Position numbers and translations under genes: made by a program. From assembly GCF_009914755.1 (NCBI RefSeq), contig NC_060930.1: a stretch of DNA of 64,000 nt, one strand, 5' to 3'. The stretch comes from the human T2T-CHM13v2.0 reference genome, Homo sapiens. This document shows, piece by piece, positions 60,847-64,000 of this stretch. Under the pieces are notes generated by a model. The model saw nothing but the letters and a program-made list of their open reading frames with translations, was not told the DNA's origin and did no database searches. Each line of letters starts with the position of its first letter. The stretch's first letter is position 1.

Positions 60847-62261
60847 TCCAGTTAGACCTCAAGAAGAGTTGGAGGGAGGTCAGCGTGGGAGGTAGGCCAA
60901 AACTCAAGGTATTCTGAAGAATATGATTTATTCACAATATCATGCGTTCCCTGTTCAGTCAACATTTGATCATTTATGGGAGTTATCCATTGTAAAATTT
61001 CTTACAAACTGGCAGTCCTTGGATACCTAGCATGCACTCAGAATATTCTCTGTGTATATTAACTGGTTTGTGTTCAAGGAATAAAATCCAAAATTAGTAC
61101 CGGCCTAAAGAACACATTATCAGAGATAAATATGCTGGAAAAATGTCTATCCTCAAAGGTTTTTTAAAAAAATTATATTTCATGTTGATCCATGTCACTG
61201 CTTCTTATCATTAGCATGGCTTATCACATAAAGGTAAGGATTTATTCATACAGAGACTGCTGCTGTGTGTATTTGTATGCAGGTTACATCTCCTTATGGA
61301 CGTAGTGCAAAGTTTGCTATGAAATATAATTATACATTGGAGAAAAGTATGTCTGCATATCAAGAATAAAATGAAAATAAAATGTAAGTTGAACATATAG
61401 ATGATAAATACCCAATCTGTGCTGAGCAGCTGTAGAACGACGTCTCAGGAAATTAGTATTTTAAAGACAAGATGTCATGTGCTCCTATTGACAACTTATT
61501 CCTGGCCTTATTTGTTCAACACGCAGGTCCTTCAGGTATTGCTGTAGCACAACAGAAAGAACAGTGGGCCAGAAGACAGGGAGGTCTGGGTCTAGAAGCC
61601 CAGAGACTCCACATCCCGAGTTACACATCCCCTTTCTGGTTGCCATGAGTCATCACGCACCTTCTGCCCAGAGGAGAGTTTTATTCATGCCTGCTTGAAA
61701 AGGTCAGTGTTTAGGTGTTGCAGAAGTGCTTGGTGAAAATGGGGAAGGCTGAAACACAGCCTGTGCCTCATGCTTTGATAATTTCTGAAGCATTTATAAA
61801 TCATGAGCAGCTAAGGTCTGCAAGATGCTAATGTGTGCAGTCCAGTCCTCTGACTTTAAGTCTGTTTCAGTTCCTGCTCTATTTGCTCCTTTTTAATAAC
61901 ACAATTAGTAAAAATCCTAAAAAAGAAATAGCTAAATATTTTCCTCTCATTCTCTTTTTGCCATAATATTGAGAGTTATATGATAGTATCTTCAACTATT
62001 TTATTTGGCCTGACTTCACAAAGTACCAAACGGGGAGTGAAGATAAAATGAAGAGACAGAATCCACATATGCATCTCCCAACCTCTGTCCTTTTGAACAG
62101 ACACAAGTAACAGAATTTACCAAAAGTATTAAAAACACGACCTTGGAAGCATCCTATCAAAGCCACAACTTCCTTTTCTTTTTATGAACTACTACCATGC
62201 AAAATTGCATGGCTACAGCTGGGACATCAAATCATGCTTTAAAAAATTAGTATTGGGGCTA

Positions 62262-62561
<300 letters not shown>

Positions 62562-64000
62562 GTTATTATTGGTATATTAGTAAAAGCCATTCAAAGCTCA
62601 AAAACAACAGAATTATTTTCTGAAATTCAAAATCAGTGCCAGATTTAACTACTTTTGCATAATGTTTGCCCCCACAGAACTTTCCATAATAATATTACGT
62701 CAACAGCACTCATTTTCTTTTTGGTCTACTTGTTTTACTAAATTAAAAGCCAACAGATACAACAACTCCATACTTTAAACTCCTTTTTTAATACTATTCC
62801 GAGTAACTGCCTCCTTGTTTAAATATTACAATTTTCTGACTCAATCAGAACAAAGTATTGCAAGACAAAGGTGCTATTGAAAACTTCTCTTTTTTTGGAG
62901 GAGGCTTCATAAAAGCATTCTAGCTTAAAACTGGGATTTCAATGGTCTTAACTGTGAATACCATGTAGCAGAAATGCCACTTGGCATTATATCTAGGGAT
63001 TACCTGTTGAAACACCAAAGACAGGTATACTTTGATGTGGGTTACGCAGGGCCGGGTAAGTAACAAGAAATACAATTATTCTTTCTTTCTATGAATGTGG
63101 CGCTGAAGATTTGATACCATATTTGGAGCACAGATCCATCGTGTGGAGGGATGGGGAAACACAGGAGAGGGGTGCTGAGTGTGACCACATGTCCACAGGC
63201 CTGTCTGAGCTCGCTACAGGTCACACTGCATCATGAAGGACCCTGTACTCCACTTGCTGCAATTTCAATGCAAATAAAGAAAAATATCAACTACTATTTT
63301 ATGAGTAAAGGACGCTGGCAAGATGCAGCCGTGGTTTGTCTTAAGAGTCCTGAAACTCAGTTAAAATACCTGATGATCGCGTTTCATTAAAAACCCCAAG
63401 GAATTTCTTTACACCATGAGCATTCTACAAGTTTCCTACCTCTCTTTAAGACTAAATATTTAAAACTCTTTAGAATTAGCATCATCTATGTGTCACTTGG
63501 CTCTAGGACACATATTCTCGGGGAAGAGCATATCCCCATTTCTATTAGGAGAAAGAATAACAGGATTTCTCCCCTCCTCCTTCATCTTGCAGATTTAGGG
63601 GTTTATCCTAGTATCATGGCTCAGGGGATTCTCACACTTACAACTCCTAATATATCAAAAAAGGAGAAAATCTCTCTTCACTGCTTAATTGTTTTGTCGA
63701 ATAAGCTCTCAAAAGTTCATTTTTGTTACCTTTTTCAGGCAAAATAAGAGGCCTTTTACAAAAATTCTATTGCTAAAACAATGGAATTCTCCCGGGAATG
63801 ACTTCGTTATGGAAATGAAGTGACAGCTTCTTTTATCTAGCCAGGCAGAAAGTCTGCATTTATAAAAGGCATTCAGAGCACTCAAGTGTTGTGTGTGGGA
63901 GGACAGAAAATGCTATTTTTAATTCAGATTGCAGCATTCCTCCCATCCAGGTCTTTCAGTATAATCATAATCATAATAAGACTGATGTAAAAAGAAAAAA

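Noticed and set aside
62995-63062. Plus-strand donor CCGG|GTAAGT with a possible short exon
   Set aside because: No convincing polypyrimidine acceptor upstream; isolated donors are common by chance.

Overview
Primate (human-like) nuclear DNA, repeat-rich, with no intact protein-coding ORF; almost all listed ORFs are Alu, L1 or ERV by-products or chance. A 138-nt minus-strand exon at 52671-52808 has clean splice signals, and I recognise its sequence from memory (no database check) as a non-coding 5'UTR exon of ATXN1, so the window most likely lies in the two large ATXN1 introns flanking it. The exon carries a complete 14-codon uORF followed immediately by a second ATG. The dominant element is a two-LTR, ~8.9-kb ERV9-family provirus (LTR12F-like; 22439-31334, + strand, antisense to the host) inserted into an old L1MC with a 4-bp TSD; gag, pro-pol and env are all disrupted. 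Its PBS resembles tRNA-Pro rather than tRNA-Arg. Relative to the 3' LTR, the 5' LTR keeps all CCAATC boxes, has a TATAAAAG and lacks the poly(A) signal, and it is followed by an intact splice donor. Also present: about 22 Alu copies (several nested or composite), two young L1PA fragments with TSDs, older L1/L2/MIR/MLT/MER relics, and several templated-insertion scars, the largest a 262-bp copy of nearby DNA inside an Alu. I found no convincing new biological system; the best leads are regulatory hypotheses. Repeat boundaries and subfamily names are by eye and approximate.
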